This document shows positions 1 through 12,525 of a stretch of 48,753 nucleotides of DNA, piece by piece (position 1 is the first letter of the stretch; every line of letters begins with the position of its first letter). The notes below the pieces were generated by a model. The model saw only the letters and a program-made list of their open reading frames with translations, was not told the origin of the DNA and searched no databases. A program made the translations under genes and the position numbers. The stretch spans positions 638,352 through 687,104 of the forward strand of contig NC_069002.1 in NCBI RefSeq assembly GCF_001194135.2. Direction: 5' to 3'. This stretch comes from Octopus bimaculoides (taxonomy: Eukaryota).

Positions 1-228
1 CACTAGATAACAAATGGCACTCTTCTTTTAATTTTGACTCTATATCTTCAGGAGGAGTTACCTCAATCCTTTCTATATTAACCAAAATGAAGTAGATTGA
101 CAAATTTATTTTTTGAACCAGTTGAAGACACACGAGATGTCGAAATATCGTTCACTAGATAACAAATGGCACTCTTCTTTTAATTTTGACTCTATATCTT
201 CAGGAGGAGTTACCTCAATCCTTTCTAT

Positions 229-233
<5 letters not shown>
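1..233 (+). repeat. 152-bp-period direct repeat (1-81 identical to 153-233) containing a hammerhead-like motif and ending in an (AAT)n(AAG)n tail; Penelope-like or retrozyme-like unit
   Basis: CACTAGATAA...CTATATTAA at 1-81 recurs exactly at 153-233. The intervening 82-152 carries most of the hammerhead-like motif. The microsatellite starts directly after the second copy. Confidence 0.8.
114..154 (+). ncRNA. Minimal type I hammerhead-like motif with variant core
   Basis: Stem I TGAAC(114-118)/GTTCA(150-154). Core CAGTTGA plus an extra A (canonical CUGANGA). Stem II GACA/TGTC with a 7-nt loop, then GAAA, palindromic helix III ATAT and an AUC cleavage triplet. The U4A and A6U deviations make activity doubtful. 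Confidence 0.5.
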
Positions 234-260
<27 letters not shown>

Positions 261-561
261 GAAGAAGAAGAAGAAGAAGAACGGTGGGTTTGATGGTGAT
301 GATGATGATTTCTTTATTTGGTACAGAGGCCACAGATCAGGTGGATATCAGAAGGGCAGTATAGAACTTGTGTGGAGACGGTTTACGTAAAAGAGGAGGG
401 GAAAAGAGAAAGGCAATAACGAAAATGCAACATCGAAAATCTAAACTTAAATAGGAATTAAAGGATGTCTTGGTAAAACGATAGCAAGATGAGTCCCAAT
501 ATGGCCGATAGTGGAAAAAGTTGAGCAGAATGGATGTATACAAAGTACAATGGCAACATTG

Positions 562-599
<38 letters not shown>

Positions 600-706
600 T
601 AATAGCACTGCTCGGCACCATAGACATCATACGTTGCATGCTTTCAGTACTGTAAAGATAAGGAAACCAAAGCGAAATCCTGCACAGAGAGCTGCACTGG
701 TTAATA

Positions 707-743
<37 letters not shown>

Positions 744-809
744 TGATAATAATAACAATAATAATAGTGACAGCAATAGCAATAGTTTCTGATTTAGATC
801 CAAGACCAA

Positions 810-880
810 CTGAGAATGAGAGAAACATCTTTGATTGTAGCTGTGCTCTATCCGGACAGACCTGGGGTTAAACAAGAACT
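810..880 (+). mobile_element. 3' fragment of SINE-like family D ((AAC)n-tailed)
   Basis: GACAGACCTGGGGTTAAACAAGAAC resembles the family tail seen at 30280-30373 and, inverted, at 23936 and 42073. Confidence 0.45.
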
Positions 881-1527
881 CCAATAAAACAATGATAAAA
901 ATAACAACAGGAAGAACTAAAACGTCTGTGTAGTGTGTGCTGTGATGTAGTATGGTTGAGTGTCTTGTCGAAGAGAAGTATCGATAATGACAGTAAACCG
1001 TTTCTATATTGAACGAGAATGGATCAGATCCTTTAATCTTCTGGTTCAGTCGAGCAGCCACGAAAGAATCCATGTGGAAGGAAATTGTGACATGTTTGCC
1101 ATGTTTGCAGATAAACGACATAAATCCATCCTGCCATTCCTCTTCCTACACCACCTCTCCTTCCTCCTCCGCCTCCTCCCTCTCTCTCACATACACACAC
1201 ACACACACGTACAAGTACATTCTGGCAAAACACAGTACGCTTTCACAAAAACCGTCACCGCCACTATAAGACTATGGTTCCACCATTGCTTCTCCCTCCT
1301 CCGCTTCCGCCTCTTCCTCCACCACCTTCAAAGCCATCGTTACTACCAGCGTCGCCATCAGGTTGCTGCTTCCGTCATCAATATCTTACAACAACGTGAA
1401 CAAGATTTACAACAACAGACATCATTCATGCACAGAAACACACACATCAATACAATTATATATATATATATGCATGTCTATGTATGTATGTATGTATGTA
1501 TGTGTATATCTATCTATCTGTGTGTCT

Positions 1528-1561
<34 letters not shown>

Positions 1562-2354
1562 TTACATATAGATATAAACATAAGCATATAAGTAATAATT
1601 TAAATTTCGGTATACACCTTGTAGTATGCTATTTAAAGCCCGTTCTCAGTATTCGGCTAACTGATGTCAACATTATGGATTTATGTGCGACAGGATTTAC
1701 TTCACTGCGGAGACAAATCTGCACCTACGATGAACCACGATTGTTTGTACATCGTCTCTCCTGCAATGTACTGGTGTACGATGGGTCGAAACGATCGTAG
1801 TGTACTAAGAGTCTCGTGAATTCCATTTTCTTTAACTCATATTTTTACACACACACACACACACATCCATATATGGTACACTGTTTTGTTGTTGGAAGGA
1901 TCAACAAAGAAGTATTCTGTGTGTTAAGATATAAATATCTAATAAACATTGAATTAGAATGCGAGCTACTATAAGTTTCATGCTGTGCAAGAACAATAAT
2001 CGGACGCGCTTGTATGGCGCGTCGTGTACTATCCTTAATCTTTCAGGGACTGAATAAACAAATATCATATTTATTGTTTATTTTAAATCGGAAAGTTTGC
2101 AAGGTAGTACACGGCTCGCTATAGAAACTCGCCGATTAATCTATTATGTAAGCATGAAACTTATAGAAGCTCACACTTACATTCTGCCTTTATTAAATTC
2201 CATCCATCTATCTATCTGTGTGTGTCACTCTCTTTTTCTATCTATATACCTATCCCCCATCAACCTGTCTTCCTATTTCTCTGTCTCGTTCTCTATCTCT
2301 CTCTACCTATCTACCTATCTATAAAGAGAGAGGAAGAGAGGTACTGTGTGATTG

Positions 2355-2399
<45 letters not shown>

Positions 2400-2496
2400 G
2401 AGTCTGGAATGTTTTACAAAGGTCACAGTCTCGCTTCCTCTCTCCCTTCACTAAATTATGAAATAATAGTAATGATGATGATGATGATGATGATGA

Positions 2497-2531
<35 letters not shown>

Positions 2532-2875
2532 AGGTAACAATTGAAATAAAAACATTTTTTTTTCTGCTCAGATGAAAATTATATTAATGAATCCTTTAGT
2601 NNNNNNNNNNNNNNNNNNNNNNNNNNNNNNNNNNNNNNNNNNNNNNNNNNNNNNNNNNNNNNNNNNNNNNNNNNNNNNNNNNNNNNNNNNNNNNNNNNNN
2701 NNNNNNNNNNNNNNNNNNNNNNNNNNNNNNNNNNNNNNNNNNNNNNNNNNNNNNNNNNNNNNNNNNNNNNNNNNNNNNNNNNNNNNNNNNNNNNNNNNNN
2801 NNNNNNNNNNNNNNNNNNNNNNNNNNNNNNNNNNNNNNNNNNNNNNNNNNNNNNNNNNNNNNNNNNNNNNNNNNT

Positions 2876-3340
2876 TGTGGTGGGGGTGGGGGTGGGGGTG
2901 GTTTTTATTGATGATGGCGCTGTTGGTGGCGATGGTGTTGGTAGTTGTGGTGTAGGTTGAAGTGGTGATGGTGGTGTTGTGATGGTTGTGGTGGTGATGT
3001 CGGTTGAGGTAGTTGGAGTTTGTGGCGGTGAGGGGTTTCGTCGACGGAGGATTATAGAAACAAACGCGTGAGTTGGTACTTATTGGTAGTGGTAGGCGTG
3101 GTTGGGATGACGATGGAAGTGGTGTAGTCGTGTAATTAATTGCGATGGTGGTGGTGGTGGTGATGCCAATGGTATTACTAGTAGTATTGAGGATACACGT
3201 ATTAGTAGTGTGGTGGTGATGGTGGTGGTGATATTGAAATAGAACTTGATAACGATGGCGCTGGTGCTGATGGTGACGTACTAAGAGATGGCGTAGGTAC
3301 CGTTCGTAATGGCTCTGCGATTGTGTAGATGTTGTTGGTG
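2876..3340. repeat. Degenerate (GGT)n-type cryptic trinucleotide repeat
   Basis: GGT/GAT/GTA-rich low-complexity tract. Similar tracts lie at 12780-13240 and, as ACC on the plus strand, at 3780-4200 and 5560-6190. Confidence 0.75.
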
Positions 3341-3501
3341 CTGTTGCTTAGTCCCTGGGAAACCCTGATGGAGCATTACCGTTCCTTTATCAAAAGACTT
3401 TCCAACAAATCGTAAAGCGGAGAACAATAATTTCAAATGCTGGCATACGGCGAACAGTGACCCTGGAAGGATGAAAGTCAACCTCAGCGGACTTATGCAC
3501 T

Positions 3502-3560
<59 letters not shown>

Positions 3561-3580
3561 TTAATAATAATAATAATACT
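3502..3580. repeat. (CTA)n(ATA)n microsatellite
   Basis: Direct reading. Confidence 0.95.
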
Positions 3581-3589
3581 ATCTACTGG

Positions 3590-3758
3590 AGGCAAAAGGC
3601 CTCAAATTTGTGGGGAGGGGACTAGTGGATTACATCGACCCCAGTGTTTCACTGATACTTAATGTATCGACTCCGAAAGGATGGAAGGCGAAGTTGACCT
3701 CGACGGAAATTTGAACTCAGAACGTAGCGTGCTAACCATTCTGCCAGCTCGCCGCCTT
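3590..3758 (-). mobile_element. tRNA-derived SINE family A, internally deleted
   Basis: Reverse complement of the head GGCGGCGAGCTGGCAGAATGGTTAGCAC, B-box-like GAGTTCAAATTTCC and the central domain. About 35 bp are missing relative to the 9990-10156 copy. Confidence 0.85.
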
Positions 3759-4617
3759 ACTAAGAATAAAAATATTAATGTTCGTCCGAAGTTGTCGATC
3801 ATGACGAAGGACATTACACGCGATAAGCATCCCCCCTCCACTACCACCAGAATCAACACCACCGCCGTCGCCGCCGCCATCACAACGACCACCACCGTCG
3901 CCAGGGCCGCCATCACTCCCATCGTCATAAATGTCGTCAGAAGCAGAGTACTAAGGTAACCACCATAACAATTTTACGATAATCACCACCTTCATCGTCG
4001 ACTCTGCCGTCAATACACCCCGACTAACCACCAACAAAACTGCTCTTCAACCAATATTACTAAACTTCCGCTGCCATTGAAACCGATTAAAACAAACTAC
4101 CCCCACTACAACATTGGTACCAGACCCCTACGCCGTTATGCCTCCCTCCCCCATCCTCGTCACAACCCTACGCCACTGTTTATTGATATTCATCAGTGGT
4201 CCAGTGTTTAGCAGCACCAAAGCATCACAGACACGCCACTGGGTGGTGTGTTTAATGAAAAAAATGCAGGTCGACAGTAAGTCGGAGTCAGTCTGGTCTC
4301 GACAGTGACTGGCTTTGATCCACGTCGTCAGGGACCAAACAAAACAAAGAGAAGGAATAACAACACCAACAAACACGAATTGCACATAAATACATACACA
4401 CATTACATATCTATATGTAAGCATCTACCTATCCATCCATCCATCTATCCATCCATCCATCTATCTAGCTGTACTCACACACATATGCCGTAAGCACACT
4501 GCTAACACATTAAATAGCACGACTACCACGAAAACGGAAAAATATCAACCAATACCGCCGCCGTCGCTGCAGCCATGACCATCACCGCCACCAAACACAA
4601 TCCGTCTCCAAATTATT

Positions 4618-4750
4618 GCTCGACCTCTTTGAAATAACAGACAGAACTCTCTCTCTCTCTCTCAAATCTCACCCTTGTGTTCAAACCCCCCAAAATGAAA
4701 GACATTCTGGATAATGTAGCCCTAGGTATACTATGCCTGAATAAAACAAG
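4618..4750 (+). mobile_element. SINE-like family D fragment
   Basis: CTCGACC..GAAATAACAG..CAAATCTCACCC..GGATAATGTAGCCCTAGGTATACTATG matches the other family D copies in the window. Confidence 0.65.
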
Positions 4751-5061
4751 GCAGGGGAAGCAACAACAATAACAACAACAACAGTACTAGGATAACAGGG
4801 CAGAATCAGCACCATCCATCGTTACCACCACCATCACGATCACCACCGCCGCCATCTCCACCATCCTCGTGAAATGTCCTTAATCATATATCAGGGCTTA
4901 TCTGGGTCTTGAACCAATTATACACGAATTCTGTCCATTTGGCTCAGAAGTGGACCACGCTGTGGTTCTTTCAGGTCACCGTGACATTTATTCAGATAAA
5001 AGCCATATTCTATATTGATTATTTTTAATTGTTTTTTTTCTCGATTATGCTTCTCAATTTT

Positions 5062-5062
5062 C

Positions 5063-5136
<74 letters not shown>
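5062..5136. repeat. (ATT)n microsatellite
   Basis: Direct reading. Confidence 0.95.
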
Positions 5137-5137
<1 letters not shown>

Positions 5138-5390
5138 ATAATTAATTTCATATTTTTGCACTTCAGATATGACTAGGGGTGCTTTGTTTTGTTATTTTTT
5201 TTTATAGTTTGAATTACATTTGTGATTGAGGAATCGGAAGGGGTGGGGGTGAGAAGAAGGTGTTATTTAACTGGCATTCAGTGAGATATGGGCAACGGAA
5301 GGTATAGGAAAGTAATGAACCACTACAACCACTGCACCGCCACTACCACCACCACTGCAACGACCAGTCCAACACACACATATATAAATG

Positions 5391-5431
<41 letters not shown>

Positions 5432-5720
5432 ATGAGTATATAATGTATATACTGTTCGCAGTAGATGAAATGTCTACAATGAAGAGTTTCTCTGAAATTA
5501 CTCGTTACGGTTTTGGAAAATGAAGGTCACACAATACATCACATAGTGTCAATGCAGATTTACATAACGATGAAATAGTCAAAGCTGGAATCACGGATCT
5601 ATTCGACCATGGGTTGACCATGGGTTGAACAACATCAACGACCGTCATCAACACAACAACAGTAGCAACAACAATTGGTAATAACGTTATTTGTGACGTT
5701 AAACGTATTGCTTTCAAATG

Positions 5721-5870
5721 TTGGAACCAAGGCCAGCAATTTTGTGGGTGGAGGGGGTAAGTCGATTACATCGCCCCCCCCACCATCAGTGTTCAACTGG
5801 TATTTATTTTATCGACCCCGAAATGATAAAAGGCAAAGTCAACTTTGGCCGCATTTGAACTCAGAACGTT
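5721..5870 (-). mobile_element. SINE family A, 5'-truncated
   Basis: ATCGACCCCGAAATGATAAAAGGCAAAGTCAACTTTGGCCGCATTTGAACTCAGAACGT and the tail CCAAGGCCAGCAATTT are shared with other A copies. Confidence 0.8.
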
Positions 5871-7020
5871 ACTCAAGACCACCACCATCGATAAGAACAA
5901 GATTAACACCACCACCACCACCGGAACTACAAACACACCATCGCCACCATCACCATCAACATCATAAGAAGCAATAACATACCACCGGTACCACAAGCAT
6001 CGTCCCCACCATCATCTCCACCATCAGCGCTACCACCAACACTACAGGCATCACCAAGAACTGTCACCACTACCGCCAACACGACTAACCATAATAGCAC
6101 CACAGCCAACACCACCAAGCATCTCCACCCCACCACCACCTACAACAACAGCATTACCAACATTTTCAGCCTTACCATCAATGACAACCAACAAGTAGAA
6201 AGAAAAGCAAAAAACAAAAAAAAAATGAGAAAACATTTCTTTCTTCGAAAAGTCATCATAAGGGGGTGGGGTGGGTCTCCTCCACCCCATCTTCGCCCCC
6301 AAGGGAGTTGACCCTACATCGAATGTCCATTACGGAGGTGATAACCTCGATATTCTTAACACTTCAACAGCAGCCATTACCTATAGCCAACCAATCATAA
6401 CGATAAATGAAGATAATAACAAGAGTAACAGCAACAGATGATGACGATGATGGTGATGATGATGATGACGACGATGACGATGACGATGATGGTGGGGACG
6501 ACGCTCATGATCGATTTTAGAGATTACAAGAAATGGTTTGATGAGCAGGAGGAGATGATGGTGGTGGTGGTGGTGCGTGCGTGCGTGAAGCGATAAGTGA
6601 AGGAGATCGACTGACAAACATGATGGCCACCTGTCTACCCTTAATACAAGAAATAGGCAGCTACAAACACACACAGCCACTTCCTCTTCCTCCTCCTCCT
6701 CCTCCTTCCTGCTTTTCATCATCGCTGCTCTCAATACGTTCTCCTTTATTCCCCGTTTGAAGTAATTATATCATTCTGCAAATATGACCTTCTTGCCATC
6801 ATACGTTATGCACACACACACACACACATATATATACACACACACGCATAAGCCTATATATATATGTATACACATATATATATACTTATCTATATATAAA
6901 TACATATATATGAACACACATATATACATACATATATATATATATAAGCATATATATATACATATATATATATATATACACATATGTATATGTGTGTATA
7001 TGTGTGTGTGTGTGCGTGCG

Positions 7021-7200
7021 TCTTTGTACCTGTATTTGTCCACCACTGCTTGAGAATCGGTGTTGGTGTGTTTGTATTCCCGTAACTTAGGTTCGGCAAA
7101 AGAAACCGATAAAATAATTGCCAGGCTTAACAAAAAATTATTCAAGGTGGTGCCCCAGCGTGGCCGCAATCAAATGACTAAAACAAGTAAAAGATAAAAG
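7021..7200 (+). mobile_element. 3' half of SINE family B (OR2-like, CORE-type octopus SINE) after a microsatellite tract
   Basis: CCCGTAACTTAGGTTCGGCAAAAGAAACCGAT...GGTGCCCCAGCGTGGCCGCAATCAAATGACTAAAACAAGTAAAAGATAAAAG. The family name is from memory. Confidence 0.8.
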
Positions 7201-7239
7201 ATATACATGCATATATCAATATTTGTTTTTATGTTCTGT

Positions 7240-7368
7240 TATTATAATTTTAAAGGAATCTGACAGGCTTCAATATACTGTTGTAGAGTACAGATTTATT
7301 TTTCTCACACAAGAATACTATTGATAGTGACTTCGAAGCTTCAATCAGCTAAGCCATCGTCGAACTGT
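7240..7368 (-). mobile_element. Hammerhead-bearing repeat family F copy 1 (decayed), probable Penelope-like 3' end
   Basis: The minus strand reads ACAGT-TCGACGA-TGGCTTAGCTGATT-GAAG-CTTCGAAGTC-ACTAT, then AATAAATCTGTACTCTACA. It aligns by eye with 22344-22450 (+). Confidence 0.55.
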
Positions 7369-7856
7369 GATGCATTGAAGTTTAGCTTGATTTTATATAC
7401 TGCCGATTGAATTAAAAATCCTTCTCGGGTATGCGGGTTTCAGAGGTTCACTAATAAAACAGTCCTATGGCTTGAAGCTGACACACATAAATATACGCAC
7501 CTGCTTACAGAGTTCTATGTACATGAATAAATTCTACACAAAATGCAACACCAAATTTAATAAATGAAATTTCTGCAAAACACCTCTCTACATTAGAAAC
7601 CATTATTCGAAGATCTTTAGAATGAACTTCGAAGGTTATATCATTACTGTTTTTCACAGATCAAGTGACCACATACAGGCCGTCCGCCCTACTTGTAATC
7701 AACGGCATTCCTACTATTAATTGTCAGGTACAGTCTAAGACTAATTATATAGTGTGCCCTTCTTTTTAAGAGGGAACATTCGGCTGTTATTTCTTGCAAA
7801 CCGAATGACTACTTAGAGTCTCTGAAGGATAATTTTTTCGTGAACTCCTAAAGCTA

Positions 7857-7970
7857 CTGTGGGTTCCCAAATTACTATTTTGCTTGTGTGGACACCTCAA
7901 AATCTTACATGGACCCTCAGGGGTCACATGGACCGTCAAGAGTCACATGGACCTTGGTTGAGGACTACTA
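7857..7970. mobile_element. Short hAT-type MITE remnant
   Basis: Ends CTGTGGGTTCCCAA / GGTTGAGGACTACTA with repeated CATGGACC subterminal motifs, as in 28621-28857 and 30551-30834. Confidence 0.6.
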
Positions 7971-8758
7971 GTCTGGACGCTCGATTCTGGAGAAAAAGAC
8001 CGAAACGTCAACACTGGAACGTCTCTGATCATCTGCTTGTTCAGTCGGAGCTGACTTGGGCTTCAACGACAACAGCAGCAACAACAAGAACAACCACTAC
8101 TACTACTGCTGCTGCATCAACAATAACGATATGAACAACTACTACGACAAAACTGAACAGACAAAACAAAAAAGAGGGAGGAAAACCCCGTCTAACTGCT
8201 TTTGTTGATTTTCTCTTAAATTCTTTGTTTATTCGTTAGAAGTCAATCAGTGTGTAGAGAAATCAGGAAAAAAAAATATTCAAGATTTTATTTTTTTTTT
8301 TTTAACCCCAACGGATATAAAATCCCCGAGATAAGAGGAAAGAAAATTGAAATTTAACTACAAACAACAAATAAAAATATTCCAAAAGATTATTGATTTA
8401 TTTATAAAAAAAATTTAGAAACAAACCTATTAAAAATAAGAATAAAAACAAACTGTTTCCTTCCTCCCCGCTTCTGCGCATTCAACCCACAAAACTTATT
8501 TATAAACAAAGTTAATCAATCAATTATCTATTTAATTAATACTGTAATTAATTAAAATACAACATCGGAATGCTTATATTTGTTTAATTAGTACAGAATT
8601 ATATCAGTTTGAAGCGCAGTGACTGTAAATTGCTTAACGTAGTACAAGACGTTTGAATACGAAGTTCGTGGGATCGAATTGAAGCTAAATTACGGTATGA
8701 AGTGAATCTATTAGTACTGGCTGTGATATTTTTTATCATCATTCTACTAATTTTCAGC

Positions 8759-8900
8759 CATTTGAATATAGCCATGCTGGAGCACCACCGTCAGTTATTT
8801 TTTTCTATCGATTAAATCCGTCCCAGAACTCTGGTTCTGTTTTATCAATATTGTAAGAGAATCTTGTGCGCGGTTTGAACTCAGAACTTAAGGTTATGCA
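8759..8900 (-). mobile_element. Mosaic SINE remnant: family A-type head with family B-type tail
   Basis: GCCATGCTGGAGCACCACC (B tail) and TTTGAACTCAGAAC (A B-box) lie in the same orientation about 100 bp apart. Confidence 0.5.
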
Positions 8901-9108
8901 ATTTTATCCGAAGCCGTATAGGACTATGTAGAAATGTATGTACATGAAATGAGCGGATGGTGTCTGTCTGTCTGTCTGTCTTAACACTTACGTCTGAAGA
9001 AAGTAAACTTTGTGTCTGATAAATGACTTAACTTGTGCCGAATTACACCAGTTGGGGGTCAATAACCTATCAGTTCTGAAACTGTTTCGATATGAGAAAT
9101 AGACACAC

Positions 9109-9162
<54 letters not shown>

Positions 9163-9989
9163 GCACGCGCGCGGGTGTATATAATGACGGAAGAACCAGG
9201 ATATAGGGAAATGCTTCGTGTGACTGACAAAATTAGACAGGTAGATTGTTAGTTAGAGACGGTTAGATAAGATCGATAGATCGATAGATCGATAGCTGGA
9301 TAAATAGACAAATAGATATCTCTAAATTGATAGACTGGTAAACAGAGATAGAGAGAAAGAGGAAGACAGAGAGAGAGTGAAAGAGAGGGAGTGAGAAAGA
9401 GAGAAAGACACATTGATAGACGGTCTGACAGAGAGACAAAGATAGATATATAGGTCCGTGGCTAGTCTGACGAACGAGATATGGTGGCATTTAAAGCCAG
9501 ACGTAGACGTGTCAACCATGATAAACAATTCTGGTGCTGTTTTCATTGCAGCAGAACAGAACAGCATTTCGCGCCCCACCCCACCCTCTCTCTCTCGTGG
9601 CCATCACCTTCCTCCTCTGTATATATTTATACATACACAAACATATACGCATACATATATANNNNNNNNNNNNNNNNNNNNNNNNNNNNNNNNNNNNNNN
9701 NNNNNNNNNNNNNNNNNNNNNNNNNNNNNNNNNNNNNNNNNNNNNNNNNNNNNNNNNNNNNNNNNNNNNNNNNNNNNNNNNNNNNNNNNNNNNNNNNNNN
9801 NNNNNNNNNNNNNNNNNNNNNNNNNNNNNNNNNNNNNNNNNNNNNNNNNNNNNNNNNNNNNNNNNNNNNNNATATGTACACACACAGAGACACACACGTA
9901 TATGCATATGTATGCATCTGTGTGTGTGCACATATATATATCTGTTCTTTTCTACTCTTAGCACGACGCCCGAAATTTTGGGGGAGGGG

Positions 9990-10156
9990 GCCAGTCGATT
10001 AGATCAACCCCAGTACGCAGCTGGTACTTAATTTATCGACCCCGAAAGGGTGAAAGGCAAAGTCGACCTCGGCGGAATTTGAATCCAGAACGTAAAGACA
10101 AACGAAGTACCGCTAAGTACTTCGCCCGGTGTGCTAACGTTTCTGCCAGCTCGCCT
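9990..10156 (-). mobile_element. SINE family A, best-preserved copy (tRNA head plus Meta/MESC-like central domain)
   Basis: The minus strand reads GGCGAGCTGGCAGAAACGTTAGCACACCGGGCGAAG..GGATTCAAATTCCGCCGAGGTCGACTTTGCCTTTCACCCTTTCGGGGTCGATAAATTAAGTACCAG, with Pol III A- and B-box-like motifs. The domain name is from memory. Confidence 0.9.
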
Positions 10157-10259
10157 TTATATATATATATATATATTCGATGATCATAGTCTTGTAGTCT
10201 AAGAAAGACGGTCCTGTAATTCCTTTTGGTAATCAAGTGTGCAGTACCTTATCTAATTT

Positions 10260-10425
10260 CGTCCATCAGATTGACGTTGTCTGAACAGACGCACGGTGCA
10301 CCACATGTCAAGTGTTGAAGTGACCGCAAAACAACGTGAGATGGAGTATTTTGCTCAAGAACTTAATGCACCACCCAGTCCATGTGCTGAAAATCACGAT
10401 CGAGATCGTGTGTGCAAGGGCATGC
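10260..10425 (-). mobile_element. SINE family C, diverged copy
   Basis: CAACGTGAGATGGAGTATTTTGCTCAAGAAC and GTCAAGTGTTGAAGTGACCGCA match the reverse complement of 45631-45800. Confidence 0.7.
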
Positions 10426-11943
10426 GCCCTCACACAAACACGTGCGTGCGTGTATACACACACGTACATATATCGTCACATTTAGAAATATACTCATATA
10501 AAGCCACACAAACATACACGGATCACATACGCTGAGAGCAAGAGAATGTGAGAGAGAAATTAAATAGAATAAACTGAAAACAATATGTTAGATAAGAGAA
10601 TTAGAAGAAATGTAGACGATAGGATATGTGACACAGATCCAAAATATATCACGCACACACACCCACACACACTGCAACGCAACTAACACGAACATATATA
10701 TTCACACAAAGAAAAAGTTCGCTCACTAACATATATACAATTAAAAATAAGTTTGGAAACTGCAAAACAAATAGCGAGATGAAAAATGGATGAGAAGCAG
10801 ACCATAGAGTAACTAAGCTGTAAGATGTCTCAAGAAAAGTGTGACTTACACTAATAAAGGTGTGAAATGGTGTGTTTGGAGAGATTTTTTTCTGTTGAAC
10901 ATTTTACAAGAGACTTAAGGAATTGGTCACTAAAAGATGAGAGTTTAAGTATTTAATGTGTTGTGACATAAATGGCAGTTTGGCGGCAGTTTATTTCGTA
11001 GCTTACTATCTGTGAGAACGCGGTTGTAGTAGTGGTGAATCAAGACAGTTGATAATGATCTTGATGGAGGTTGGGGTGGTGGTTGAGTGGTAGTTTTGTA
11101 TGTGATGGATATAATGTGTTTGAAGATTGTGGTATCGGTTCCTTTACATGTAGGCGTCTTGTGGCATTGGTGCGATAGACGGATATACATGCAAAGACTT
11201 ACAGACACACGTGGACGCATACTCCAACAAAATTGTATATAGTATGGTATAATTATATTCAGGTGTGTGTGTGTATACGTATATGTATGCATGTATGTTT
11301 GTGTGTATAAATACACACATATTTAGTTCTTATCAAATGTATTTTCATTACTTTTAGCATAAATGACTTATAATTTTAAATTTTCGTTAGTAAATTCCGA
11401 ACATGAAGGACTTCCATTTTATAACATTTGCGCGCAAATTGGAAACGATTTTACAAGTAATCGAGAGATATTCTCTTTCTATGTTTTAAGGCACTAGAAA
11501 TTTGTATGAAACCTTAATATTCTTGTCTTGCCCTTTCTGTACCTGCTGATGACAGTGTTGTATGTATGTTCAATTTTAGAGACATACATGTGCTAGAAAC
11601 AGAGGGAATCTCTCCCCCTCTCTGTATTTACCTATCTTTCTATCTACCTATTTATCTATTTCTGTCATTTTATCTATTTTTCTATTCATCTCTCTAACGA
11701 TGTACACATTTCTCTCTCTCTTTTTCTTTCCCCCTCTTTTCTCCGATTCTGTTTGTCTTCAGCCAATTCTTCATTCACTTTTCAATTAAATGCTTATAAA
11801 CCAGATGAAAATAACCTAATACGATACACATCGATGTAAATATACAAAACAAACAGAAGAACGATTGGAGGTTGGCTAAATAGACACTGCAAAAAGATAT
11901 ACAGGAAGATAGATTGAGATAGGTAGATAGAATAGGAGGTATC

Positions 11944-11946
<3 letters not shown>

Positions 11947-12026
<80 letters not shown>
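11947..12026. repeat. (AG)n microsatellite
   Basis: Direct reading. Other long (AG)n tracts lie near 19650, 33115 and 42810. Confidence 0.95.
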
Positions 12027-12029
<3 letters not shown>

Positions 12030-12480
12030 GATGTGTCTGTCTTGGGAGAAAAGAAGTTGAGACAAAATGAGAGGCAATCTATTGTGGTGGTGGTGGTGGT
12101 GGTATTGACGATGATGATGATGATATTACTAATGATGAAATTAATGCCATTGATGCTGCTGCTGCTGTTACTATTGCAGCGGTGATAGTGGCAGTGGTAA
12201 TAATGTATTTACGGCGAGAGGCGGAGGGGAGGAGAGACCAGAATGAAGACCAATTCTTCTTATCACCATATTGCTGTCACTGAAGCCCCTCCGTGTCCAC
12301 ACAAGAAACTAGACAGATGGTTCGGTTAGGACACGGGTGCAGCAGCAGCACCGGCCGCTTGGTGTCGCTGCAGACGAAGCGTGAAACGGCCTGCTGTTGG
12401 GCTGCCTGGTGGCGTGTGTGTGCATGTGTGCGTGTGTCTGTGTATAAGGGGGGATATGATTGGTGGTTCCGTGTCTATTT

Positions 12481-12525
<45 letters not shown>

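Noticed and set aside
20-60. Minus-strand CTGAAGA within the 152-bp unit (possible opposite-polarity ribozyme)
   Set aside because: No GAAA, no G10.1-C11.1 stem II, and stem I pairs only with a register shift. An ambisense ribozyme is not supported.
1273-1400. Proline-rich frame MVPPLLLPPPLPPLPPPPSKPS
   Set aside because: Decayed CCT/CCA low-complexity sequence with an early stop and no splice support.
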